Shown here: positions 37,414 to 50,323 of the stretch, in pieces
Layout: every line of letters begins with the position of its first letter
Numbering within the stretch: position 1 is the first letter of the stretch
Assembly: GCA_047495785.1 (NCBI GenBank)
Contig: JBLDXI010000003.1
Coordinates: 62,001 to 126,000 of the forward strand
Reading direction: 5' to 3'
DNA from: Lepidodermella squamata
Taxonomy: Eukaryota > Animalia > Gastrotricha
Length of the DNA stretch: 64,000 nucleotides
Made by a program: the position numbers and the translations under genes
Notes under the pieces: model-generated
The model's database searches: none
The model's input: only the letters and a program-made list of their open reading frames with translations
What the model was told of the DNA's origin: nothing

Positions 37414-39527
37414 TCACGTACTTTGTAGTATCAGTGAGACATTTAATTTAGAGCAGTTGTGATGGAAAATCTCTCGCGATAATCGCAAATCGTGACTAAA
37501 TGCAGGTATAAGATAAAACTCCTACAGAAAATCAGAAAATAATTGCAAAACAGATTATCTCAACCGCTGTGTCAGCACCGATTTTTCCGTATCCACCTAT
37601 AAGACGATTTTATCAACAATTTTTTCGTGCCTTATCCGAATTTGGAAAAAATTAATGAATAAATAACCTAACAAAGAAATCAAGGTTAAAGCAGAATTAA
37701 CTTATTTTGCTTTATCATTGTTTCCAAAAAATTGACAAGCACGCTCGGAGGCAAATGGCACGTGCCCCTTTTTCACTCTTTTTTCCGTTTTTCCAGTACA
37801 AAAATATCAAAAGCAATTAAAAAAGGACTTATCTTCAAAAATCATAACAATAAATCGAAAAAACGGACTTTTATCTCAGGCCATATTTGCGTAACAATTT
37901 TGTAAAGCAACTACATATAGCAAATTTCACATTTGTTCACAGTGAACACCCCCACGATGAAATTCAACTGCATTTTACTCATCAAAAACTTTCGAGAAAT
38001 AAATCGATATTTCTCAAAAAAAACTGGTGAAAATCGATAAGGAAAGTGGGCTTGCCTACTTCAATTTTTTCCTGCGCTCTTCGGCTATGAATATTTCAAA
38101 AGAAAACCCATCAATAACTCGAAAGCACGAAGTAGAAAAGGTTCAAATTCGAAGATCAACTTTAAACGGTTGTTGAAAAATCAGTGCTGGAACACTTCAA
38201 AATGAGACATGATGTGATTTCCGGCGGCGTGAAAATTTGACAAGCAACAAAATGGAAGATCGATGATGACGATGAAGACGGCGAAGATGATAGTGGATGA
38301 AACAAACTGCGATGGATTTATTGATTCGATCGATTTGTCTGATGATTGATTGGCTGTTCGATTGCTCGACTGCAATCTGCGTGGAATACACAAAAACAGC
38401 AATTGTTAGTGATTTTTGTGCGAATGTCTGAAGTGGTCTTAACAAACTTGTATCATCTGTATCATCCTGAGTTACAAGCAATGAATGATCTCTTGTTCCT
38501 GACTTGGCTTATCACTTGGTCCTGCCTGAGTTAAGCCTTAAAGCCTAAACGTGGTTAAGACTTGCAGTAACTCTGCCTGGCGTGCGGTTCTTGCTTTTAT
38601 TAGGTATCACTAATTATCTTTATATTATATCAGACCTAAATGTTAAATAATGGAATGAATGAAAGAAAAATTGCATGGAGAAAATCGCCGCGCGTCTCAC
38701 TTTCTTTACTTCGTACACAATCTTTTTTATTTTTTTATGCGAAGTTGTTGTCAAGAAGTACACAAAGAAGGCCACGTTCGATTTTTTTAGAATTTTTCAG
38801 TTATATTTATATATTTATAGACACGATAAGTTGTTGTTGATGTTGTTATAAGATGATGAAATTGCGGTTAGGAACTATTATGATGTTCACATATGTCCAC
38901 GTGACGTGGTGGTGGCTGACGCAAAAAGGTGGTAGTCGAAAGGCGGTCAAAACGCAACGCAGTCGCCGAACTCAACTGAGCGCACACACACTTACTAGAG
39001 AGAGTGAATTATTAGTGAATGAATAAAAGGCCCCTTACACTAGTCCTTGACTAGGTGAAATGAGCTCGCATCAATTAAGAATTAAGGAAACAACGGACGG
39101 CCTAATTTTACAGTAGCATCAGTATAGTAAGTAAATATAAGCAAGAAATTAGTAACAGTTAAGACCACAAGATACGAGTCCTTTTTAATATCATCTCGAG
39201 CACTTGATACCGACCGATACAGGGAGGGGAGACACTTATCACCTCGACTCATCTTCATCACCAACTCTTCTTCTTCATCTTCATCTTCACTTCTTCTCTT
39301 CTTTACAATCTTGCAGTCTTATTAGTAGTAGTAGTAGTAGTAGTTATTATTTACAAGTTATGCGATTGACCAACCTAAATAACAACATCAAGTCCGGCTT
39401 AAGTTTACAAGATTCCAACGTTCCACAACAGTAACTCACCTCGGCTGCTTGTTTGCGCTAGAAATTTCGGCTAGTGACGTGCGCCGTCCGCCACCTACCA
39501 CCCGCCACCACCAGCTCGCCACCACAC

Positions 39528-40785
<1,258 letters not shown>

Positions 40786-41039
40786 TTTTTCCTAAACCAA
40801 ACTTAACAAGTTTAAAACCCTAAATAAACAAGAAATAGTATACATACATGGATCAAAAGAATGAAAGAAAAACAGATACAATCGTACTCGAAGATGAATA
40901 TGCGTCATCCACTTACTTGAAAATTGAAATTTCAAATCCGAATGATGACCAATTAATAAAATGAAAGTCGATAGATAACAGGAATGAAAGCCCATTCCCA
41001 ACATCCAGCCAGTATTTAAAACTAATAACAGGTTAGAAA

Positions 41040-41210
41040 AGACGGACGACTGACCGAGCTAAAAGCACGTGTTCAGACAACACCACATGGCGCCGGGCGC
41101 CGCCGTCTGAACGGTCGTTTTCGACCCAGTGTCACATGACGCAAAGTCCGACTACGGACAATCAAAGAGGTCAATCTCAGCCAAGAGTGACCAATGACCA
41201 ATCAAGGGAG
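41040..41210. promoter_or_regulatory. Probable bidirectional promoter between hnRNP (-) and the IGBP1 cluster (+)
   Basis: CpG-rich patch with YY1-like ACATGGCG, E-box GTCACATGAC and tandem CCAAT boxes. Confidence 0.45.
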
Positions 41211-41799
41211 CGGAAAAACAACAAACTGAAAAACAGATTGAGTCCGGAATGCTGCGTTACTCCCCGCCAGTCGTGACACCCCAAAAGACGCCCTGTTTTC
41301 GCGAAAATATGCAAACGACTTTCCAAAATTATGTACGTTGAAAATTATAGGATCAAAACGTTCTGATTGAATATTCAACTGAATTTTATTAAGTGTCTTA
41401 ATCAAATATCCGCTAAAATTTGGGATCCTCAAAGGTTGCCAAAAAAGAGGAAACCGGCTCGCGATTTTTCTTACACGCGATGTCGAGTCGCGCATGGAAG
41501 CGTGTCAATTAATTCCCTATTTCCTTGTTGCATAGTTTTTACCGCCAAATCCGCTTGGATCTCGATACTAGTTTCGGTCATTTTGAGTCATTTTTCCCCG
41601 ACGTCCCGACTTCGAACTAAAAAAAGTGACCCAATAGATCATGAGCGGCAAAAACCGAACAACTCATTGAGGGTGTGTAAACATCGTAATCATTATCATC
41701 ACCTTTCTTGTGTACGCGTTGCTTATTGTATAGGGCAGGCTTCCGCGTTTCTGAACTAGATCTCCTAACTTACGTTCTTAATGGATTTTTTAGATTGTT

Positions 41800-42786
41800 A
41801 TGACTGATTCGAAGGAAAGCAATATAGATCTCGGCGCTCTGGATGAGTTGCCTGTTTCAGAAGTTTTCCGTCGCTTATGGCGGTCCTTCGAAGCTACAGA
41901 GAAAGGTTCTAAACCTATTCTCAGTCCCGAAGAATGCGTTGCTTATTGCAAGCGATTAATTCCAACGTTGGACTGGCTCAGTTCTGATGAAGATAAATCA
42001 TCGATGACTCATGAAGATTATTCAACCGGTGAACTTGAGCTGACGCTGCTTCCTTGCCTGATGGCATTTTTCGAGGATAGGTCTTCTGTTTCCGATATTT
42101 CACAACGAAAGAATCTGCTGACTAGAATTATTTTGCTTTATCGCTTTTATTTATCAACCGTCCGACAGCTTCGCCTACCTCTTCCCGATGGAAAGCGTGA
42201 CGAAGAGGAGGAAGAGGAGGAAAGCAAAACCGCCAAATCTCCAGAGTATCTGCGAAATCGAGCGGTTGCTAATTTTCAGTGGCAAAAGACACTGTTCTCG
42301 CGAATTGAAGGACAGTCATCGGTTGAAGAAGATTCAGACGCTCGTCGCAGAGACCGCGCCAAGGATATGCTTTGTTACTGGGTTTATCGGTCTCGCCGCG
42401 AAATTGAACTCGCGACCAAAGAACTGAAACTTCTGTCGATGGGCCCTGGTTCGTCGACCAGTCAGCCTTCCCAGTCACAGCCGCCTGCCTTTGACTTGAA
42501 CATCACAACGCTGCGAAATGTTCGTGACAACCTTAGGCAACACGTTTTCGGCCTCGGCTACCCTAGCGCCCCCACTCTCACGCCCGAAGAGTGGTTTGAT
42601 AACAAGCAAATCGAAGATGCGAAGCACTTGCATGCCCATCCTCCTCCACCGAAGCCTCGCAGTCGGCAGGAGGGTGAAGATACAGACTCAGAGGAGGAAG
42701 AAGACCGTCGTCAGGATAAGATTCGAACGGACGCTTTCAAAGACTCGCATCGCCGTGGTGAAGGAAACACTTATCGCCGTGGTTAA
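41800..42786 (+). CDS. IGBP1: Immunoglobulin-binding protein 1 / TAP42 (PP2A alpha4 regulator), intronless
   Basis: EDYSTGEL..LLP, VFGLGYPSAPTLTPEEW, DAFKDSHRRGEGN. Confidence 0.88.
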   Translation: MTDSKESNIDLGALDELPVSEVFRRLWRSFEATEKGSKPILSPEECVAYCKRLIPTLDWLSSDEDKSSMTHEDYSTGELELTLLPCLMAFFEDRSSVSDISQRKNLLTRIILLYRFYLSTVRQLRLPLPDGKRDEEEEEEESKTAKSPEYLRNRAVANFQWQKTLFSRIEGQSSVEEDSDARRRDRAKDMLCYWVYRSRREIELATKELKLLSMGPGSSTSQPSQSQPPAFDLNITTLRNVRDNLRQHVFGLGYPSAPTLTPEEWFDNKQIEDAKHLHAHPPPPKPRSRQEGEDTDSEEEEDRRQDKIRTDAFKDSHRRGEGNTYRRG

Positions 42787-42888
42787 ATTGCCATTTTGAA
42801 CAATAAATTGTCTTATTTTATTGTACGCATTTGAGTCTTCATTTACTAAACTATTGCCATTTTTAGAATTTTTTACATCTGAATTATT

Positions 42889-43674
42889 ATGCCTCGAACA
42901 ACGCGTCGGAAAGTTCAAATGGAAGCTGATGAAGAGGAGGATGATCAGCATGAATTTAATCCCTACGAAATTCTCGGCCTTGCATCCACTTGCTCAGAGG
43001 CTGAGATTAAGAAGTCTTACCGAATCCTGGCCCTGAAGTGGCACCCGGATCGATCTTCGAATACCGGCTCGGAGGAAGCGACGAAAAAGTTCCAAGAAAT
43101 CTCGAAAGCCTACTCGATTCTCAGCGACCCAGCTCGGCGTAAGCTCTACGACCAAACAGGTTCTATCGATGGGCTGTCAGCCTCGGTCGAGGGCGAAGAA
43201 TGGCTCGATTACTGGCGAGCCCTTTACCCGAAAATCACGATTAAAGACATTCAAGAATTCGAGGCCAAGTACAAGAAGTCGGACGAGGAATTTCAGGATT
43301 TGAAGGCGGCCTACGAGAAGCACAAGGGTGACATGGATCTCATTATGGAGGAAGTCATCCTCGCCAGTCCTGACGATGAGGATCGATTCCGCGACCTGCT
43401 GAACGCCGCCATCGAACGTGGCGAGGTTAAGAAATTCAAGAAATTCAGTGAAGAACCGGCTTCGAAGCGGCAGAAACGGCGAAATGCGGCGTTGAAAGAG
43501 GCGAAAGAAGCCGAAGTTGCGGCCGTCGAGTTGGGCATTGCCGGCAAAACTGACGACGAGCTTCGTGATTTGATCGTAGCGCGATCTCGTAACAATTACG
43601 AGAATATGATGGCCAATTTGGAGGCAAAGTACGCGCCAAAGGCTAAAACTGGCGGTGCCTCAAAGCGAAAATGA
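42889..43674 (+). CDS. DNAJC9: DnaJ homolog subfamily C member 9, intronless
   Basis: J domain with HPD, then WLDYWRALYPKITIKDIQEFEAKYKKSDEE..DLKAAY...KGDM and NLEAKY. Confidence 0.92.
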   Translation: MPRTTRRKVQMEADEEEDDQHEFNPYEILGLASTCSEAEIKKSYRILALKWHPDRSSNTGSEEATKKFQEISKAYSILSDPARRKLYDQTGSIDGLSASVEGEEWLDYWRALYPKITIKDIQEFEAKYKKSDEEFQDLKAAYEKHKGDMDLIMEEVILASPDDEDRFRDLLNAAIERGEVKKFKKFSEEPASKRQKRRNAALKEAKEAEVAAVELGIAGKTDDELRDLIVARSRNNYENMMANLEAKYAPKAKTGGASKRK

Positions 43675-44026
43675 GAAACATTGATTCCAGATACATGACC
43701 ATTACCGCAGATTTGCAAAATTGAGCACAAGATTGAGATAATGAATTTTAAGGAATTCAATTCAAAATTCGGATTTCGAAGATTTTTGCAATTTGATATC
43801 GATTTGAATTTGATTCCACCTTAATTTTATGCTCAATTTTTCAAAGTTCTGTGTTATCTCGTCAAAACCGGTTTTGCTTTGAAAAAAATCGAATCTCCTT
43901 TCATAAAAGCGCTTTCTGCTATGTGCGTTTTCTGTTTTATCAACTTCTTATTCGAATTTTTCTTCATAAATCAGCAATTGCTCGAATTTATTTGTCTTTA
44001 TAGGGTCGTTTTATGAACTGAAAAAG

Positions 44027-47000
44027 ATGGTGAATGAAACGATCCGGATTTTCTGTCGAGTGAAGCCACTTGTCGGCAAAAAAGCCGTGCAGCAGGCGCA
44101 GTATGAAATCGGCACGCGAGACGATGGCGAGCAGACACTAACGTTACTTGTACCCCGCGAGGCCACCGAAGGCCTGGTCAACCATAAAAAGGAGGCATAC
44201 ACGTCGAAATTTCGGCGCGTTTTCGACCAAAACGCATACCAGGACGAAGTTTTCGACGCGATTGCGAAGCCTGTAGTCGACAAGGTCCTCGAGGGGTTCA
44301 ACGGCACGGTTTTCGCGTACGGCCAAACCGGGTCGGGTAAAACTTTTACGGTCACTGGAGGGGCGGAGAAATTCTCAGACCGCGGGTTGATCCCGCGAAC
44401 TCTGTCGTACATCTTCGAGAGGCGAAAATCGCGGGAAGACGAACTGTCTGTGGCGGTTTCTTACTTGGAAATCTACAACGAGGCTGGGTTTGATTTGCTG
44501 GACCCGAAGCATGACATTGCGAAATTGGAAGATTTGCCCCGGGTGACGATTCAGGAGGACTCGGATGGGTTCATTCACCTGCGGAATTTATCCCTGCAAC
44601 CGGCTGCGAGTGAGGAGGAGGCGCTCAATCTGCTGTTTCTCGGCGACACGTAAGTCTCGATTTCGTTGTCTTTCTTTAAATGGACTTCACATGACCATAA
44701 ACCGTGGAATGTTAGGCTGGAATGTTATGAATCGAAGATAGATAGACAATAACAGATTACCCGTCATAGGCACCATGTGACGCATCTCTTCCCCATAAGT
44801 AAAGTTTTGGCAAGTGGTTGTGAAAATATTTGATTTTCAAGATGGCGTACCTATGTAAAGTTCAGAAAGGTGATGCGTGACCGCCCATTGGACTCCTTTA
44901 GTTTGGCAGAACCAGATTCCGTCGAGTCGAAAATAAATATTTTCAAGCCAAAAGTCAAGAAGCTCAAGAATTTCGCACAAGTTTCGCAACATCTCGGGGA
45001 ATATTCGTATACATAGAATCTACATCGAATGAGGCAATTAGGACTAACTTGGGTCTAGCCGGGTATTTCTTCTCCGGTTTGTGGTCTTTGATAGCTTACA
45101 AAGGTATTGCGAACGCGATAGATCGAGGTAGCAAGAATTCATAAAGGTTTGAGTTGATCTTATCAATCGAAAGGGAGACCTACATTTTCCGAAAGTCAGT
45201 GGCGGTTTTCATTTCATTAAATCCGTTATTTCTTCGAAGGCTTTATCATTGCGACAATATTCCAATGTTTTCCGAACGGTAGTATCACGAGAACTTGTAA
45301 CGAAATTACCACTATTGTCAGCGCGTGATATAGCTACTTTTTTAGATGTGTAGACATTAGTTTTTCGAATCAAAGCGGTGGAAATGATCAACCGCAATAA
45401 CTAAAACATACTTGTCTCGGCGTCGCGAACATTTGTTGCCCATGGTAAGCAAATTAACGAAGTGGCAATTGGGATTTGGGATACAGAAGTTCAAAGTCAA
45501 ATCTATAAATTGCTGACAATTCGAGAGGAGAAAATGAGCAGCTCCTTTACCAAAAAGAAAACAGTCGAACAGTATTAAGAACATCGATGGAAGAAACACC
45601 GGTAGCTTCAGTTGGAGTAGGCGTAGTTTACAGGTAGACCAAGATCGTGCGTGGCCTGAGCAACCAATTCAAAGTTGAAGTCATTTTTTGTAGAGGATTA
45701 TTGTAAGCCCAACTAAAAATGTGCCTTATTCTCCGTTGTGCATATTTGGAAAATGGTTCACATCGGAATCGGTACGCAATAATAGATTATTCGTTCGAAT
45801 AATCAAAATCTAATTCAACATATGAATTGAACAAATTGACACCGCTGGGCCATCGCAGATTCGTCGGGGTCATGACGTATCTCTACAAAACTATGGTAGC
45901 AGGTCGGGGGACGAAACAAGTCCGCTCGAAATTTATAAAAATCCCGAAGCCGAATACAAGAACGAGGGCAGCGAGCGAGAAACACCACCATCAACTACAG
46001 CTCGCAAAATCGTCGAAGAACAGGGTCGACACGGCACCCTTTCGAAGGATGCAAGAGATCGTCAATCAATGGAACGACCTACCACGCGATACCTTCCCTG
46101 ACACCGTCAACATCACAATATTTAAAGAAAAGATGAACGTCCTAGGGCGTCGGCTATAAGCCTACTAATGATAACTGTGTGCGCCTGAAATTTTTTCGTG
46201 AATAAAAAAAAAAATGAACATATGGCCAAGAAAAAGGTGCTATGGCTGGGTCGGCGCAGTTTTTGTCTGATTTTCTTCAGAATTAGTACCAATCGATTGA
46301 GAAGAATCGTTAGCTATTTTAAAATTACAAATTGAATTGGGATTAACCCTTGGCGCGTACGAGCCTCAGGCCACCTTCAATTTTCGACTTCGTCAGATTT
46401 GAAACTTTCACATTTCGAAGTTAGACTGGTCTGTAGGGGTTAATCTTTTTTCATCTAAATAAGTTTTGATATCTTTATCCATCTAACCAACATCTTTTTT
46501 TCATCTAACCAGACTGGAAAACGCAGTACGCGTCTAAATTAACCCTTCATACAATCAGGATCGGTGCTAAACTTGTTTTATTTTTATTTTAGTAGCTAGA
46601 TCTTATGTGTCTTATCCCATTTTACGCATCCCAGCCGCCGGGTAGACTTTATAGTTGATTTTTTCGCTCTGGTCCCGGATCAAGCCATTTTAGCAGAGTG
46701 ATTGAGCGGCTCTCATCGAATCTCTCACGGCAAAGCATTTAAATTGGCAAAATAAGGGGTGGAACTTGACAGAAACATCCCAGGGCATTGGGACAATACT
46801 TGGGAGGAATAATTCCAACTTTAAAGCGAAAGAAAACTGATTTTTACCTGAGTTATTGAAGGGTCGAATCCCTGGTTAGATGAAAAAAGACACAGCCGTC
46901 TGTAGTAAGAAATAAATTATTTTGGCGGTCGCGGTTGTTAGGCAAAATTAATTTTATTCTTCACTTCGTTTATAGGAATCGGATGATAGCTGAAACGCCG

Positions 47001-49806
47001 ATGAATCAAGCATCGACCCGATCGCATTGCATATTCACGATTCATTTGACGAGTCGGCGGGCCGGCTCGGACGTGGTGCGGCGTGCCAAAATGCACCTGG
47101 TGGATCTGGCCGGGTCGGAACGCGTGTCGAAAACCGGCGTCAGCGGCCAGCTGCTCACCGAGGCGAAATACATCAACCTGTCGCTGCACCACCTCGAACA
47201 GGTCATCATCGCGTTGTCGGAGCCGCACCGGCAGCACGTGCCGTACCGCAATTCGCTGATGACGTCGGTGCTGCGCGACTCGCTCGGCGGCAACTGCATC
47301 ACGGCCATGATAGCGACGTGCTCGGTCGAGCGGAGCAACGTCCTTGAGTCAGTGTCGACGTGCAGGTTCGCACAACGAGTGGCGCTCGTGAAGAATGACG
47401 CGCGGCTCAACGAAGAAACGGACCCGAGTGCGGTGATCGCCCGGCTACGGCGCGAGGTGCAGCAGTTGCGCGACCAGCTCAGTCTGAGCGACGCCTCCAG
47501 TGCGACCGGCCCGCTGACTCCGGATGAAATCGAGCGGTGCGAGGCGCTGGTTCGCCGCTACCTCGACGACCCGGCGCTCGATAGCGATTTGGCTGTCAAG
47601 GCCGACATGCGGCTCATTCAGTTCTGCTTCCAGTTGATCAAGCGAGAGATGAAACGCCACGTTTGCGCTCCCGCACTTCCACCACCGCCTCCTGAACTAC
47701 CGGTATAACTTTTTTTTTTATCATTTTGACTATAGTAGAAATTATTACCTATTTGAAACAAGCATTATCCAGTAACAAGGCTCGGGAAAGATATGAAAAT
47801 AAGAATCTGTATGAAATTTTCGTCCGCTTGATTTGTAAATCAATGCTTAAAATCGTTCAATTTTTTCTATTTTAGCCCCAACGACTGGTGCTGTCTGAGC
47901 TGGACCTCGCAGCGTTAACCGACCCGACTGGGCACCTGCCGCCCGAAGTCGTGAAATTGAAACAAATCATCCAACAGCGAGATAACGAAATCACCGTGCT
48001 GATGGCTATGTTGAAGCGCGAACGGGAGCGAACTCGCACTATCGAACCAGCAGCGGCTAATTCGATGCCTAGTCGGTCGTCAGTCACCAGTCTGTCATCG
48101 TCATCGACGTCAATCGTACCAGGGTCGTCTTCGATGATGACTGCTTCGGCGCATAAGAGCAGCTCGAAGTCGCAGTCGGATGTCGGCTCGACGTCGTCCG
48201 GCGTCAAGGCCGACAACAGCGAGGAAGACCAGGCGGCGAGGCAAGCCGCTTTCGATACGTACGTCAAATCTCACCCGAGTCGGCCGGTTTTCGAGGCGCA
48301 GCGGGTCGAGCTGAAGCGCAAGTACGACGAGGCACGAGCGGCCGGGGATGCGCTCAGTTCGTCGAAGGAGCGAGCTGCTCAACTCAAGGCCGAATTGCAA
48401 AAGGTGAGCAATTAGAAATGAATAACAAAAAAATCAATTTTTTACGATTTTTTGTTGGTTAATTAGCGGGAAAAGCATGAAAGCAGGTGTTGTTTCAGTT
48501 GGCTTATAGCCAGCCATCGCCGTCGTGCTCATCGCGTCCATTCAGATGCGACCTGACAGGATACCTATTTATAGTATTTCAAGGCTTTTCACGTTTTTCA
48601 ATAAATCGACGGCGAAATTTCGATGAAAATGTATCCATGGTACTATTGAAAATTTTGCATGGAATAAGCTTCGCGTGTTGTCAGTTTGCTTCATTCATAT
48701 GTTCTAAAAAATTAAAATTGTAAATTATCTGAGTACAAGCAGACTTCCGGTTATTAGAAATAAAGAACCGCCAGGTCTTGGCCTACACTTTGCCATCAGG
48801 CATTTTGCCCCTCGACGCATCGTTGACCCGAAAAATGACTTTTTGACAGACCCAGGAATTAGACCCAAATATCGGACCTCGCAGTCTATTTTTGGCAGTT
48901 AAAGTGTTAAAAGTTGAGACGTCGATTTGAACTTTATTAGGGTCAGTTAAGATTTTTATCCGCGAATTAATAATTTAGATTTATATGATCAGTAGATTTA
49001 TAAGCCAAAAGATCCTCCTCAGATTAATGTGTAGCAATTTTCGGAATTGTCTCGACTTTCATTTTCGAGCCAAAATTTGATAGATTTCGAGAAAATTGAT
49101 GTTCAAGGTTGACAAATGTTATGATTACAGCTTTGTTCATAATTTGACTCCAAGAAATCCACGCTTTATCAGAGGCAGTTCGAAGCAGCTTCCACTGAAG
49201 CTTCCACTTTTAATGCTTTTCGTCGATTGGCGAAAATTGACTAATTTTTCACCTACTTTCTTTTTCCAGGTTCGATCTCAAATGGCGGTGAATGCGGCTG
49301 TTTCGGGCAGCAGCGATATCGCAGCGTTGGAAGAACGCGAGTCTCGCCTCCGCGTCGCAGTCGAACACGAAAACGAGGCGTACCGGTCGGCCTTTGCCCG
49401 GCTCAAGGGCCTGAAAACCGAAATTGAACACCTGCACCATCTGCACGCGACTGCGAGGACGAAGTTGCAGAAGGAATTCGACGAGCGCGAGTACCTGCGC
49501 AAAACAGGGGTCGCCATCGAGACGAACCCGCGCCAGGCCACATTCAGCATATCGTCATCGACTTCGGGCCATGCGTCGAATTCAGTCACCCCGACCAATA
49601 CTACTAGCCAATCGATAGTTGCGAAGTCGAGTGACATCCGGCTGTCTTCGTCATCGTCATCGTCAGCGGCGATCAACATTCCGTTGACGGGCGACGGTGA
49701 GGTCGATGAGAATATAGCCGCATTTCTGCGCGCGAGGCAGGCGCTGATGGCGAGAGCGGCCGCCGATGCGCAGCGTCCGATGAATTCAGATGAAAATCGA
49801 TTTTGA
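44027..49806 (+). CDS. KIF6: Kinesin-9 family motor KIF6
   Basis: Exons 44027-44649, 46976-47702, 47876-48403, 49270-49806; GQTGSGKTFTVTGGAE..DRGLIPRTL, NRMIAETPMNQASTRSH, DLAGSER, C-terminal IPLTGD.EVD.NI.AF.RARQ. Confidence 0.92.
45826..46213 (+). mobile_element. 5'-truncated LINE (CR1/L2/Jockey-like) 3' end in KIF6 intron 1
   Basis: ORF tail L.PL..RR..LYK..WNDLP..FKEKM, poly-A at about 46204-46213, flanking AACATATG duplication. Confidence 0.7.
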
Positions 49807-50323
49807 TTTTTTCTACAATATTATGTGATATTATTTACATCACTCAATTATTTGAAGCAAGCTTTGTCGCTTGAGTTGAGCGTTAAAATCCTGAAAATTG
49901 AGCAAATTTTCGAATGTTCGAAGGAATTTGAGAAGTACCTAGTTTCTATACCTGATTGTCTAAAATTCTGATTTACGCTTGGATTTCGACTTGCGAATTG
50001 CAAATCGACGTAAATATTCCCACTTTCGCAATTTCGTCCATTGATTCAATTGAGCGATCGATTTAATTCAGTTACATATTCCATTGGGGCCAATAATTCA
50101 GGAATATTCGGAAATATCAGATCAGTCGAAAATGTTGTTAAATTTCACGTCAATTGTGTCTCTATTTTACGATTTTAGCGCTCAGCTAGCGGTGTGATCT
50201 CACCTTTGTTTGTGATATTTCTGAAAAAAATACGTGATATGACTGCTCATTTTTTGCTATGAAATGAATTGACAACTTTTTTGCATTTCTTTCCTAATTG
50301 TTCGTATCCCAATTGTAGTAGGT

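Noticed and set aside
35000-37451. Long + strand ORFs opposite DNAJC14 exons, and similar shadow ORFs over other GC-rich exons
   Set aside because: Antisense or alternative-frame artefacts of high GC3 and poly-Q coding sequence
46340-46900. Partial inverted repeats (TTTTTTCATCTAACCAG) and TTAACCCT ends suggesting a piggyBac/MITE
   Set aside because: Boundaries and TSD could not be defined
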